DNA of 32,000 bases from the NCBI GenBank assembly GCA_000025185.1, contig CP001848.1, forward strand, positions 2,730,001 through 2,762,000, in the 5' to 3' direction. The notes beneath the pieces are model-generated. The model saw nothing but the letters and a program-made list of their open reading frames with translations, did no database searches and was not told the origin of the DNA. Position 1 is the first letter of the stretch, and every line of letters begins with the position of its first letter. The stretch comes from Pirellula staleyi DSM 6068 (GTDB taxonomy: Bacteria > Planctomycetota > Planctomycetia > Pirellulales > Pirellulaceae). The translations under genes were made by a program, and so were the position numbers. Of the stretch, positions 1-7,707 are shown piece by piece.

Positions 1-231
1 AACAATTTCGTGATTGATCCAGGGATAGCCTTCCGCCAAGTAGCTGTAGGTGGTGGTGGCTGGGAGCCCACTCTGCAAGGCATCGTGACCATACTGAATA
101 TGTCCCCACAGATCGGGATCGGCCACGTTCAGCGACATCGCCACGAGCCCCGCCATCACGACCACGACGAGCACTGCTCGGTCGAGATAGCGTGCCAGGA
201 ACGATTCTTTCGTGCTGCTGGGCTGTGTCAT
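1..231 (-). CDS. Integral membrane protein, N-terminal fragment (gene continues past the left edge); possibly a GT-C-type membrane glycosyltransferase
   Basis: ATG at 231..229 on the minus strand, open in frame to position 1. It is absent from the ORF track because it has no stop in the window. Translation MTQPSSTKESFLARYLDRAVLVVVVMAGLVAMSLNVADPDLWGHIQYGHDALQSGLPATTTYSYLAEGYPWINHEIV has a short charged N-terminus, one clear TM helix, then an Asp-containing loop. The family assignment is a guess. Confidence 0.4.
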   Translation of the reverse strand, partial: MTQPSSTKESFLARYLDRAVLVVVVMAGLVAMSLNVADPDLWGHIQYGHDALQSGLPATTTYSYLAEGYPWINHEIV

Positions 232-534
232 CGGGACTTCTCAGGGGAGTACATTCGAAACAGATCGCCTTGCATGGATCGCTGGAAATATAGGTTGCTC
301 GAAAATGCAAACCGGGAGCTGGATTGGGCCAAGTTGAAAAGGTGGCGGGCCGGCGCAGCGAGGAAGTTCCGATTGCATCACTTGGACGGGTCGCACGGGC
401 TCGCTAGGATTGTGTGCGATGAGTGTGCAGCAACTTCGCGAGGATTTCTCTTGTCGCGAGCGACGTGACTTGCCGCATCCGCCGATTTGTCCTTCCACAT
501 CGACCTAGCACCGATAGTCAGCGAGATTTGCCGT

Positions 535-1491
535 ATGGATAGTCATTTGGAGATCGATGGGGTCTCGCTCAAATTGAGCCACCCCCACGACGCGACCGGC
601 CAATGGATTGGTCAATACGAGGTTTTGGAGCAGCTGCTGGCATGTTGGTTGACGGTGGGGGACGAAGATCTGCCACTTACGCCTCGCTTAATCGGCTCGC
701 CCGGTATCGGCAAAACCGCGCTGGCGATGGCAGGGGCCAAGCTCCGTCAGCAAGAGCTGTATATCTATCAGTGCACCGCCGATACGCGTCCCGAGGATCT
801 GCTCGTCACGCCGGTGCTCGCCGAAAGTGGCAAGATTGCCTACCACGCTTCGCCGCTGGTTACTGCGATGATTCGTGGCGGTGTCTGTGTGCTCGACGAA
901 GGAAACCGGATGAACGAAAAGTCGTGGGCCAGCTTGGCTCCACTTTTTGATCAGCGGCGTTACGTCGAATCGATCGTCGCGGGGATCACGATCAAAGCGC
1001 ACAAGAACTTTCGCTGCACCGTGACGATGAACCAGGACGAATCGACCTACGAGATTCCGGACTATATCCTCAGCCGACTTCAGCCGGGACTTGCACTCGG
1101 CTTTCCTGATCGGCAAGACGAGATGTCGATCCTGCAATATCACCTGCCCTTTGCCGAGCCAGAGATGCTGGCGCTGACCGTCGACTTTCTGCAGCGAGCG
1201 CACAGCTTGAAGCTCGATTTTTCGCCGCGCGATGGCATTAACATGCTCCGCTACGCGATCAAACGCCTGTCGCAAAAGAGCGATCATCCTCTTTCGCGCG
1301 ATGCAGCCTGGCGCGAGGCACTCGAGAAATGTCTCGGAGACGATGCCCTCGATCTCGATGCTGCCGCGCGACGTCGCAGCCGCACACTCGGTGATTCGCA
1401 AGTTCCACTGGGGCTCGGCGACTTCTTCTTCGATCCCGATGATCCGCTGCATCCCGATCGGATGGACGACGACGAGGACGACGATTCGTAA
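535..1491 (+). CDS. AAA+ ATPase, AAA_5 / MoxR-CbbQ-NorQ class, with an acidic C-terminal tail
   Basis: ORF 487..1491. Position 487 is TTG; the first ATG is 535 (MDSHLEIDG...). Walker A is GSPGIGKT (694..717) and Walker B-like is [12 protein letters not shown], followed by [12 protein letters not shown], typical of AAA_5 (PF07728). The C-terminus is [19 protein letters not shown]. Confidence 0.75.
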   Translation: MDSHLEIDGVSLKLSHPHDATGQWIGQYEVLEQLLACWLTVGDEDLPLTPRLIGSPGIGKTALAMAGAKLRQQELYIYQCTADTRPEDLLVTPVLAESGKIAYHASPLVTAMIRGGVCVLDEGNRMNEKSWASLAPLFDQRRYVESIVAGITIKAHKNFRCTVTMNQDESTYEIPDYILSRLQPGLALGFPDRQDEMSILQYHLPFAEPEMLALTVDFLQRAHSLKLDFSPRDGINMLRYAIKRLSQKSDHPLSRDAAWREALEKCLGDDALDLDAAARRRSRTLGDSQVPLGLGDFFFDPDDPLHPDRMDDDEDDDS

Positions 1492-1552
1492 TCGCTCCGT
1501 TCTCCTGTGCAGCTGACCAGCATCGTGTGACACCTCTGGTCAAGAAATGGCG

Positions 1553-1586
1553 ATGCCCGACCAAATTCCGGAATTTGATCGGGCAT
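1553..1586. terminator. Near-perfect 34-nt palindrome/hairpin between convergent genes (candidate bidirectional terminator)
   Basis: ATGCCCGA-c-CAAATTCCGGAATTTG-a-TCGGGCAT. It lies about 60 nt after the ATPase stop and about 120 nt after the stop of the minus-strand OMP gene. There is no flanking U-run, so intrinsic-terminator status is uncertain. Confidence 0.3.
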
Positions 1587-1704
1587 TGCGATGGACAAGC
1601 CAAGGCGAGTGTCGGATTTTCGACAATCTCTGCCAGCTCCGTCGCCGGAACAATCGGACGAGCGGAGCTATCGAACCAAGGAGAGGGCCAACTTCGGCGT
1701 CTGC

Positions 1705-3096
1705 TTAGAAGCAGAACTCGAAGCCAGCGTAGCCACCGTGCAGCAGCAAGCTGCTATCGGAGTTGATGTAACCGGCTGCTTCCAGATTCTGGAAGTCAGC
1801 AGGAATTTGTTGGCTAGTGATACCCACACCACTCACACCCATCACTCGGTAACCGAAGTTGAAGGCGAAGTGTTGCGAGAACTGCCAGCGGGCACCAGCA
1901 TCGAGCTGAGCGATGAAGGCAACCGTGTCTTTCGAGCCTTTCACGGTGTAGTCGAGGCCACTGTTCACACCGTTGTTGATCGTGGCGTAGCCGTTCGAGC
2001 CTTCGACACACTGTTCAGCGTAGATGTGGTTGCCGTACACGCCACCCTTACCGTTACCGTAGATCGTGAAGCAGTCGAACAGTCGGTAGCTGATGCCACC
2101 ACCCAGTTGGAAACCAACCAGGGTGTTGTTCACGTTGTTGTAGTAGGTGAGTTCGGTGTCGTCGTGATCGAAGAGGGTGTCGTCAGCATCCGTGGCGAAC
2201 GACAGCTTGTCGTTGAACGTAAAGATGCGGAGCCCCATCAGCCAGTTGCTGCCGAAGCGTGGACCGCAGCTGTTGCAGCCAGCCGAGCCGTTGAGGCCCG
2301 TTCCGCAAACTCCGCAGCCGAACATTCCGCCGCCGTAGCTCTGGCCGAGGAAGTTGACTTCGACGTTGTGGATTTCGTTTTCGGTGTACAGGCGGTGAGC
2401 AGCGGCACCAGAATACCAGTCCATCACGTTCTGGTCGGTTGTACCGTTGTCGTAGTCGAGGCTGCTGAAGTCGATGTTCGACATCAGGCCAGCTCCGCCA
2501 GCGGGATCATAAGCAAAGCTGTTGTTATCGCCGGGGTAGAGACCCCAGTAGGTGACTTCCAGAGCGTTATGACCGCAGTTGAAGCCGTACCCCAAACGGG
2601 TTTCGAATCCGCCCGACCATTGCAGTGGCGAATCACAGGTGCAGAGCTCAGGTGAGAAGGTCGTGTCGTTGAGCGAGGCGACGAATCCACTCGAGTATTC
2701 GCGAGTCATCCAAAGTGCGCCACCGTAGGCATACACAAAGTTCTTGCAGCAGCCGCCGGGGCCGCACATGCCCGATTCGCAGCCACCCACACCATCGGTG
2801 CAACCAATTCCCGAATCACCCCACTCTTGTTGCATGGCCTGATGATAGTCGGGGCTCACCATGGGAGCCTGCATCGGCTGCTGATCGCTGGGGCTGACCA
2901 CCGAAGCTTCGGGAGTTGCAACTCCTTCAGGCTGGTAGAAATTCTCGTTCGCGGCGACTCGCGTCACGGGATAGTTAGCGGTTGCCGAAGGAATCGGCAG
3001 CAAGCTGGGGGTACCAAACTCTTGAGCGCTCACAAAGCTGCTGGACAGAGCCAAGCCGAGCGCTACGAACAGACCACGGGCGTAGAAGGATTTCAT
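1705..3096 (-). CDS. Outer-membrane beta-barrel protein, planctomycete BBP7-like, with Cys/Gly-rich inserts
   Basis: Track ORF is 1705..3654. The internal ATG at 3096 is preceded by AAGGAG (3103..3108) with a 6-nt spacer and gives a signal peptide, MKSFYARGLFVALGLALSSSFVSAQE. The body has alternating aromatic/Gly beta-strand-like segments (VTYWGLY, FQLGGGISYRLF, FAFNFGYRVMG) and the C-terminus is ...GGYAGFEFCF with a terminal Phe, as in OMPs. The family name BBP7 is from memory. Confidence 0.7.
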   Translation of the reverse strand: MKSFYARGLFVALGLALSSSFVSAQEFGTPSLLPIPSATANYPVTRVAANENFYQPEGVATPEASVVSPSDQQPMQAPMVSPDYHQAMQQEWGDSGIGCTDGVGGCESGMCGPGGCCKNFVYAYGGALWMTREYSSGFVASLNDTTFSPELCTCDSPLQWSGGFETRLGYGFNCGHNALEVTYWGLYPGDNNSFAYDPAGGAGLMSNIDFSSLDYDNGTTDQNVMDWYSGAAAHRLYTENEIHNVEVNFLGQSYGGGMFGCGVCGTGLNGSAGCNSCGPRFGSNWLMGLRIFTFNDKLSFATDADDTLFDHDDTELTYYNNVNNTLVGFQLGGGISYRLFDCFTIYGNGKGGVYGNHIYAEQCVEGSNGYATINNGVNSGLDYTVKGSKDTVAFIAQLDAGARWQFSQHFAFNFGYRVMGVSGVGITSQQIPADFQNLEAAGYINSDSSLLLHGGYAGFEFCF

Positions 3097-3102
3097 CGCA
3101 TA

Positions 3103-3108
3103 CTCCTT
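3103..3108 (-). promoter_or_regulatory. Shine-Dalgarno AAGGAG of the OMP gene
   Basis: Plus-strand ctcctt at 3103..3108 reads AAGGAG on the minus strand, 6 nt upstream of the ATG at 3096..3094. Confidence 0.5.
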
Positions 3109-3740
3109 ACGGCAGGATCGATCCATCGATCTCACGACGCGCAGTCCATCTAGCGCATCGAGGATGGTTCTTAAATCCGTTGTAAAAGCTGGGGGGGACA
3201 TCCCGTCCCCACGATGGCATCCATTCCACACGCACGTTTCATCCTGTGCGGCGTTAGACACTCGAACAATCCGTCGCTTGTGTCTGCAGGAATTGATCGG
3301 CGTAAAAGCACTCGCGGTATCGCTCCAACAACATCGCTTGACAAGTTTTTTCTGCGCGCCGCATGTTGCAGTCGCTAGCGTAGGAATCCCTAGGCGCAGC
3401 CGGACAAAGGAGTTATTCCGTGTGGACCATTGGCGCGGCCGCGCATCGTGCAAACCGCGAATAACCGCTAGAAACAGGCCCAAAACGGGCTGCGGGGGCG
3501 TAAGATAGCCCACGGTTAGTGCCAGGCAAATCATTTTTGGAAATAGGGACTCACCAAGCGGCGAGATCTGCGCCGCTGCTAACTTTCTCCGGGATCGCAT
3601 CCCCTTTCCGCTACCGCCGCTACAGTTGGCATTGTCCGGCGATTTAGACGACAATCAGTCGGCTCTGGGAGCACTATTCCCGGCATATTCGTACCAAGTG
3701 ACACGCGAGTAACACTCACCACCCTTTGCAGCCGCACACC

Positions 3741-5753
3741 ATGCACCTTGCTACCTCTCGCTCGATAGCTCGGCGATCCACAACCATCGCGCTACTGCTC
3801 ACAACGCTCTGCTTAGCCCTCCTATCACCAGTCGCTGCGCAGACGACGAAGCGGATCCCGCCGATTCCACGCGTCCTTCCACCTCCCGGTATTCAGCTGC
3901 AGCCGGAAGTTCGAGAGCGACTCGAAATTAAACTGGCCGACTTGCGTCAGCGCTACGCGAAAGTGAATCAGCATCCCGAGCGAGCCGATGTCGACGCGCT
4001 GCTGAAGTCGGTCGAGTTTGCCATCGAAATTGGCGAGTTCTATAACGAAAAAGAAGTGGCCAAAGCCGAGGAGATTCTCGAACTGGCATCGCTGCGGTTG
4101 GCTTCGCTCGTCAAAAAGCTGGTCCCTTGGCAGAGGCAAACGGGACTGGTGGTGCGCGGGTTCCATAGCGCCATCGATGGAAGTCCTCAGCCTTATGGAC
4201 TGGTGATTCCCGAGAAGCACGATTTCACCAAGCCTGTCCCACTCTATGTCTGGCTTCATGGACGTGGCGACAAAGCGACCGATCTCCACTTCGTGCACGA
4301 GCGAATGACCAAGACGGGACAGATCTCTCCACCGGGCGCGATCGTCCTGCATGCGTTTGGGAGGCAATGTGTCGGATTTAAATCGGCAGGCGAGATCGAT
4401 GTGCTCGAGGCGATAGCCGCTGTCGAGCAGCGCTACAGCATCGACCCATCGCGGATCGTCATGATGGGGTTCTCGATGGGTGGAGCAGGGGCTTGGCATC
4501 TGGGGGCACATTACGCCGACAAGTTTGTAGCGGTAGCTCCCGGCGCTGGATTTGCCGAGACCGCACGCTACGTCAAGCTAACGCCGCAGAACTATCCTCC
4601 GAAATACGAGCAACTGCTGTGGGGTGCCTACGACGTGCCAGGCTATGTTCGCAATTTGTTCAACACCACCACGATTGCTTACAGCGGAGAACTCGACAAA
4701 CAGATCCAGGCGGCACGTGTGATGGAAGAGGCCTTCACCGCCGAGGGGAAGATGCTCACACATCTGATCGGTCCTGGGGTGGAGCATAAGTACGAGCCCA
4801 AAACGCTCGAGAAACTGCTGGCTCAGATCGGCGAGGTGGTAGCTCAAGGAAAGAGCGAATTTCCTTCACGCATCTCCCTGCAAACACGAACGCTCCGTTA
4901 CAGCCGCCTCTACTGGGTAGAAGCAACGGGGCTCGCGCGCCACTGGGAAGATTCGCGGATCGATGCCGAGCTCGACAAAGATACGGTGGTTCTGACGACG
5001 AAAAATATCCGTGAGCTGGCGATCTACGATCCGGTTGTTTCGCTGCTCCGCAAGGTGAATATCGACGGGACGGAGCTCTCCCTGGCAGCGGCGAGTAAGC
5101 CCGGCGCGCCGCTGGTGCTTCGTCAATCGGAACAAGGATGGGAGATTGCCGGTTCGTCGATCGATACCACAACGCTGCGCAAGTTTCCCAAACTGCAGGG
5201 GCCTATCGACGATGCCTTCATGGGGCCGTTTCTGGTCGTTACACCGACAGGCAAAAGCCAAAACCCTCGTTTCCAGGCTTGGGTTGATTTTGAGCTCGCG
5301 CATTTGCGAAGTCGCTGGAAAGAGGTGATGCGGGGCACGCTTCCTGAAAAAGCAGATCGTGAAGTGACGGCCGACGATCTGAAGCACCACAACCTCATTC
5401 TGTTTGGCGATAGCGATTCGAACTATGCCATCGAACGTCTGTCGCCACGCTTGCCGATCAAGTCGGTCGGAGGGCAGTGGACGTGGGGAGATCAAACCTA
5501 CGATGGGGACCAGTTCGTACCAGCCTATATCTTTCCGAGTCCGTTGCGGGGAGATGCGCCGAGGTATGTGGTGCTCAATAGCGGGCTCACCTTCCGCGAG
5601 GCTCACGACAAAACCAACTCGCAGCAGAATCCGAAGTTGCCCGACTGGGCGATTCTCGACCTCGAGCAAACCCCCAGTGCGATCTCGGCAGGAAAAGTTG
5701 TCGAGGCTGGTTTCTTCGGCGAGCAGTGGGAGCGTTTGCCAGCCGTTGAATAA
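3741..5753 (+). CDS. Secreted alpha/beta-hydrolase (serine esterase/peptidase type) with a ~300-aa C-terminal region of unknown function
   Basis: Track ORF starts at TTG 3726; the first ATG is 3741. Signal peptide: MHLATSRSIARRSTTIALLLTTLCLALLSPVAAQ. Nucleophile elbow GFSMGG (Ser codon 4473..4475) is preceded by YVWLHGRGD. Candidate acid is YSGELDKQ and candidate His is GPGVEHKY. Confidence 0.7.
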   Translation: MHLATSRSIARRSTTIALLLTTLCLALLSPVAAQTTKRIPPIPRVLPPPGIQLQPEVRERLEIKLADLRQRYAKVNQHPERADVDALLKSVEFAIEIGEFYNEKEVAKAEEILELASLRLASLVKKLVPWQRQTGLVVRGFHSAIDGSPQPYGLVIPEKHDFTKPVPLYVWLHGRGDKATDLHFVHERMTKTGQISPPGAIVLHAFGRQCVGFKSAGEIDVLEAIAAVEQRYSIDPSRIVMMGFSMGGAGAWHLGAHYADKFVAVAPGAGFAETARYVKLTPQNYPPKYEQLLWGAYDVPGYVRNLFNTTTIAYSGELDKQIQAARVMEEAFTAEGKMLTHLIGPGVEHKYEPKTLEKLLAQIGEVVAQGKSEFPSRISLQTRTLRYSRLYWVEATGLARHWEDSRIDAELDKDTVVLTTKNIRELAIYDPVVSLLRKVNIDGTELSLAAASKPGAPLVLRQSEQGWEIAGSSIDTTTLRKFPKLQGPIDDAFMGPFLVVTPTGKSQNPRFQAWVDFELAHLRSRWKEVMRGTLPEKADREVTADDLKHHNLILFGDSDSNYAIERLSPRLPIKSVGGQWTWGDQTYDGDQFVPAYIFPSPLRGDAPRYVVLNSGLTFREAHDKTNSQQNPKLPDWAILDLEQTPSAISAGKVVEAGFFGEQWERLPAVE

Positions 5754-5992
5754 AGGTTGTGGAACCAACGAGCGAGCGGAATCAGCTGGTTTCCCCATCT
5801 GTCGGGGGCTGCAATGAAGATTGCGCGGCGCGTGACATTCCGCGCGAAACTTTCCCTCTCTCCTTCGGTTAATAGTTTCCATACAGGGTGCATGCAGCAG
5901 CATCTCATCCGCACCCTGCCGCAATAATTGCTGGCTCGAAATCATCAGAGCTGGCAGAGATTGGCGAGCGTACTTCCGGGAGATTCCAGCAG

Positions 5993-7645
5993 ATGTCGAC
6001 ACGATTGTTCTCACGTTGGTTGTCGCTCCGAATGTCCTTTCTCGTGGCAATCGGGATCATGCTTGGCCTGACAGGGGGGCCTGTTTCTGCGGCCGATCGC
6101 CCCGATCCCATCGCGACCGCTGCCGAGGTCGACAAGCTGCTGACTACGGAGCTCGGCAAAAGCGAAGTGCCGCTCGCCAGTAGCGATATCTACTTGCGGC
6201 GTGTCACGCTCGACATCGCAGGTCGTCCACCATCAATCGGCGAGATCACGGCCTTCTCGTTCGATCCTTCCGACGCTAAGCGGAGCGCTGTGGTGGATCG
6301 GCTGCTTTCCACTGACGACTATGCCACGAACTGGGCCCGTTACTATCGCGACGTGATCCTGTATCGCCGGACGGAAGATCGAGCGGTGATTGTGTCGCAG
6401 GAACTCGAAAAGTATCTCGCGGGGAAACTCTCGAGCGGCGCTTCGTGGGGAGAGATCGCGACCGAGATCATCACCGCTGAAGGGGAGTATGAGGATAACG
6501 GCGCGACATCACTGATCATCGCTCAGCAAGGCCGCCCCGAGGAAACCGTGAGTGAAATCTCACGCATCTTTTTAGGGATTCAGATTCAGTGTGCGCAGTG
6601 TCACGATCATCCGACCGACCGCTGGAAGCGCGAGCAGTTTCATGAACTGGCGGCGTTCTTCCCACGCGTAGCCTCGCGGATCATCATACAGCCCGATCGC
6701 CGGAGTATTGCGGTGACGGTTTCGGACAGCCCGTTTGGCCGCAATTTCAGCATGAATAATGTTCGCTTCCGTGGGTCGCCCGAGCACTTCATGCCCGACC
6801 TCAAAGATCCGTCGTCACAAGGGACGAAGATGCAGCCGGTCTTCTTTGTGACGGGGCAAAAGCTTCCGCTCGGTGCGAAGGATGCCGATCGTCGCGGCGA
6901 ACTTTCGAAATGGATCACCGCTAAGGATAATCCCTACTTCTCGCAGGCGCTGGTGAATCGCTTGTGGAGCGAACTGGTCGGAGAAGGTTTCTACGAGCCT
7001 GTCGACGATATTGGTCCCGATCGAACGGCAACAGCTCCCCAAACACTTGAGTACCTGGCCACCAAGTTTGCCGAAGCGGACTACGATCATCGCTGGTTAC
7101 TCAAGACGATTATTGCAACCGAAGCATACCAGCGCGAGAGTCGGAGTCGTCGCGAACCCGACGAAGTTCCGATGCAGGCGAATGTGTCGCAGCGACTCCG
7201 TTCGGATCAACTCTTCAGCAGCTTGCTCGTGGCACTCGATCTGAGTGAGCCCGAGACACCAGCGGGAGCGCCCGGTGGTCCTTATGCGAACTTCCGAAGT
7301 CCTCGCAACCTGTTTGCCAGTGCGTTTGGCTACGATCCGAGCAATCTGCGCGATGAAGTACAGACATCGATTCCTCAAGCGTTAGTGATGATGAACTCTC
7401 CGATCTTCAGCCGCGCCATCAGCGCGAGAAGTCGCACGAGTGGCCTCGGCAAACTGCTGGTTGAGATTTCCGATGATCGCGAAGCGGTGATGGAGTTGTA
7501 CCTGCGTGTGCTTGCTCGTCAGCCGAGTCTTTCGGAACAAGAGACCGCGCTCAACTACATCCGCAGCACCACCAGTCGTGGTGAAGCATTTGAAGACCTC
7601 CTCTGGACGCTGCTCAACAGCACCGAGTTTTTGCATCGGCGGTAG
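5993..7645 (+). CDS. DUF1549/DUF1553 (PSCyt2/PSD1) domain protein, secreted
   Basis: Track ORF starts at 5888. ATG 5993 gives signal peptide MSTRLFSRWLSLRMSFLVAIGIMLGLTGGPVSAAD. DUF1549-type block: LRRVTLDIAGRPPSIGEITAF...DRLLSTDDYATNWARYYRDV. Central motif: CAQCHDHPTDRWKREQFHELAAFF. DUF1553-type end: ALVMMNSP...LWTLLNSTEFLHRR. Confidence 0.85.
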   Translation: MSTRLFSRWLSLRMSFLVAIGIMLGLTGGPVSAADRPDPIATAAEVDKLLTTELGKSEVPLASSDIYLRRVTLDIAGRPPSIGEITAFSFDPSDAKRSAVVDRLLSTDDYATNWARYYRDVILYRRTEDRAVIVSQELEKYLAGKLSSGASWGEIATEIITAEGEYEDNGATSLIIAQQGRPEETVSEISRIFLGIQIQCAQCHDHPTDRWKREQFHELAAFFPRVASRIIIQPDRRSIAVTVSDSPFGRNFSMNNVRFRGSPEHFMPDLKDPSSQGTKMQPVFFVTGQKLPLGAKDADRRGELSKWITAKDNPYFSQALVNRLWSELVGEGFYEPVDDIGPDRTATAPQTLEYLATKFAEADYDHRWLLKTIIATEAYQRESRSRREPDEVPMQANVSQRLRSDQLFSSLLVALDLSEPETPAGAPGGPYANFRSPRNLFASAFGYDPSNLRDEVQTSIPQALVMMNSPIFSRAISARSRTSGLGKLLVEISDDREAVMELYLRVLARQPSLSEQETALNYIRSTTSRGEAFEDLLWTLLNSTEFLHRR

Positions 7646-7707
7646 TGGTTCGTAAGTGCGTGGCGCGAGTGTTGTTCCCCAGTTCTACGTTGGTATCGAG
7701 GTTCCTT

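Noticed and set aside
10-468. 152-aa plus-strand ORF at the left edge
   Set aside because: It is Arg/His/Gly-rich with no recognisable motif. Its first 220 nt are better explained by the minus-strand membrane-protein start (ATG 231), which has a clean TM helix. I treat it as a shadow ORF.
1591-2655. 354-aa plus-strand ORF antisense to the OMP gene
   Set aside because: It is Val/Ala/Glu-rich and repetitive (VVHVVVVGEFGVVVIEEGVV), typical of the reverse frame of a GC-rich gene. The minus-strand product has a signal peptide, an SD and an OMP C-terminus.
3338-3343. TTGACA hexamer as a possible -35 box
   Set aside because: The sequence 17 nt downstream (GCATGT) is a poor -10, and the site is about 400 nt from the nearest plus-strand start. 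That is not enough to call a promoter.
3097-3654. 186-codon N-terminal extension of the OMP ORF (track ORF 1705..3654)
   Set aside because: The extension is Arg/Cys-rich and precedes a textbook SD + ATG + signal peptide at 3096. A signal peptide buried 186 residues inside a protein makes no sense.
4866-6050. 394-aa minus-strand ORF spanning the hydrolase 3' half and the next intergenic region
   Set aside because: It is antisense to a well-supported gene and Arg-rich with no motifs. It also crosses an intergenic region, which real genes opposite a CDS rarely do.
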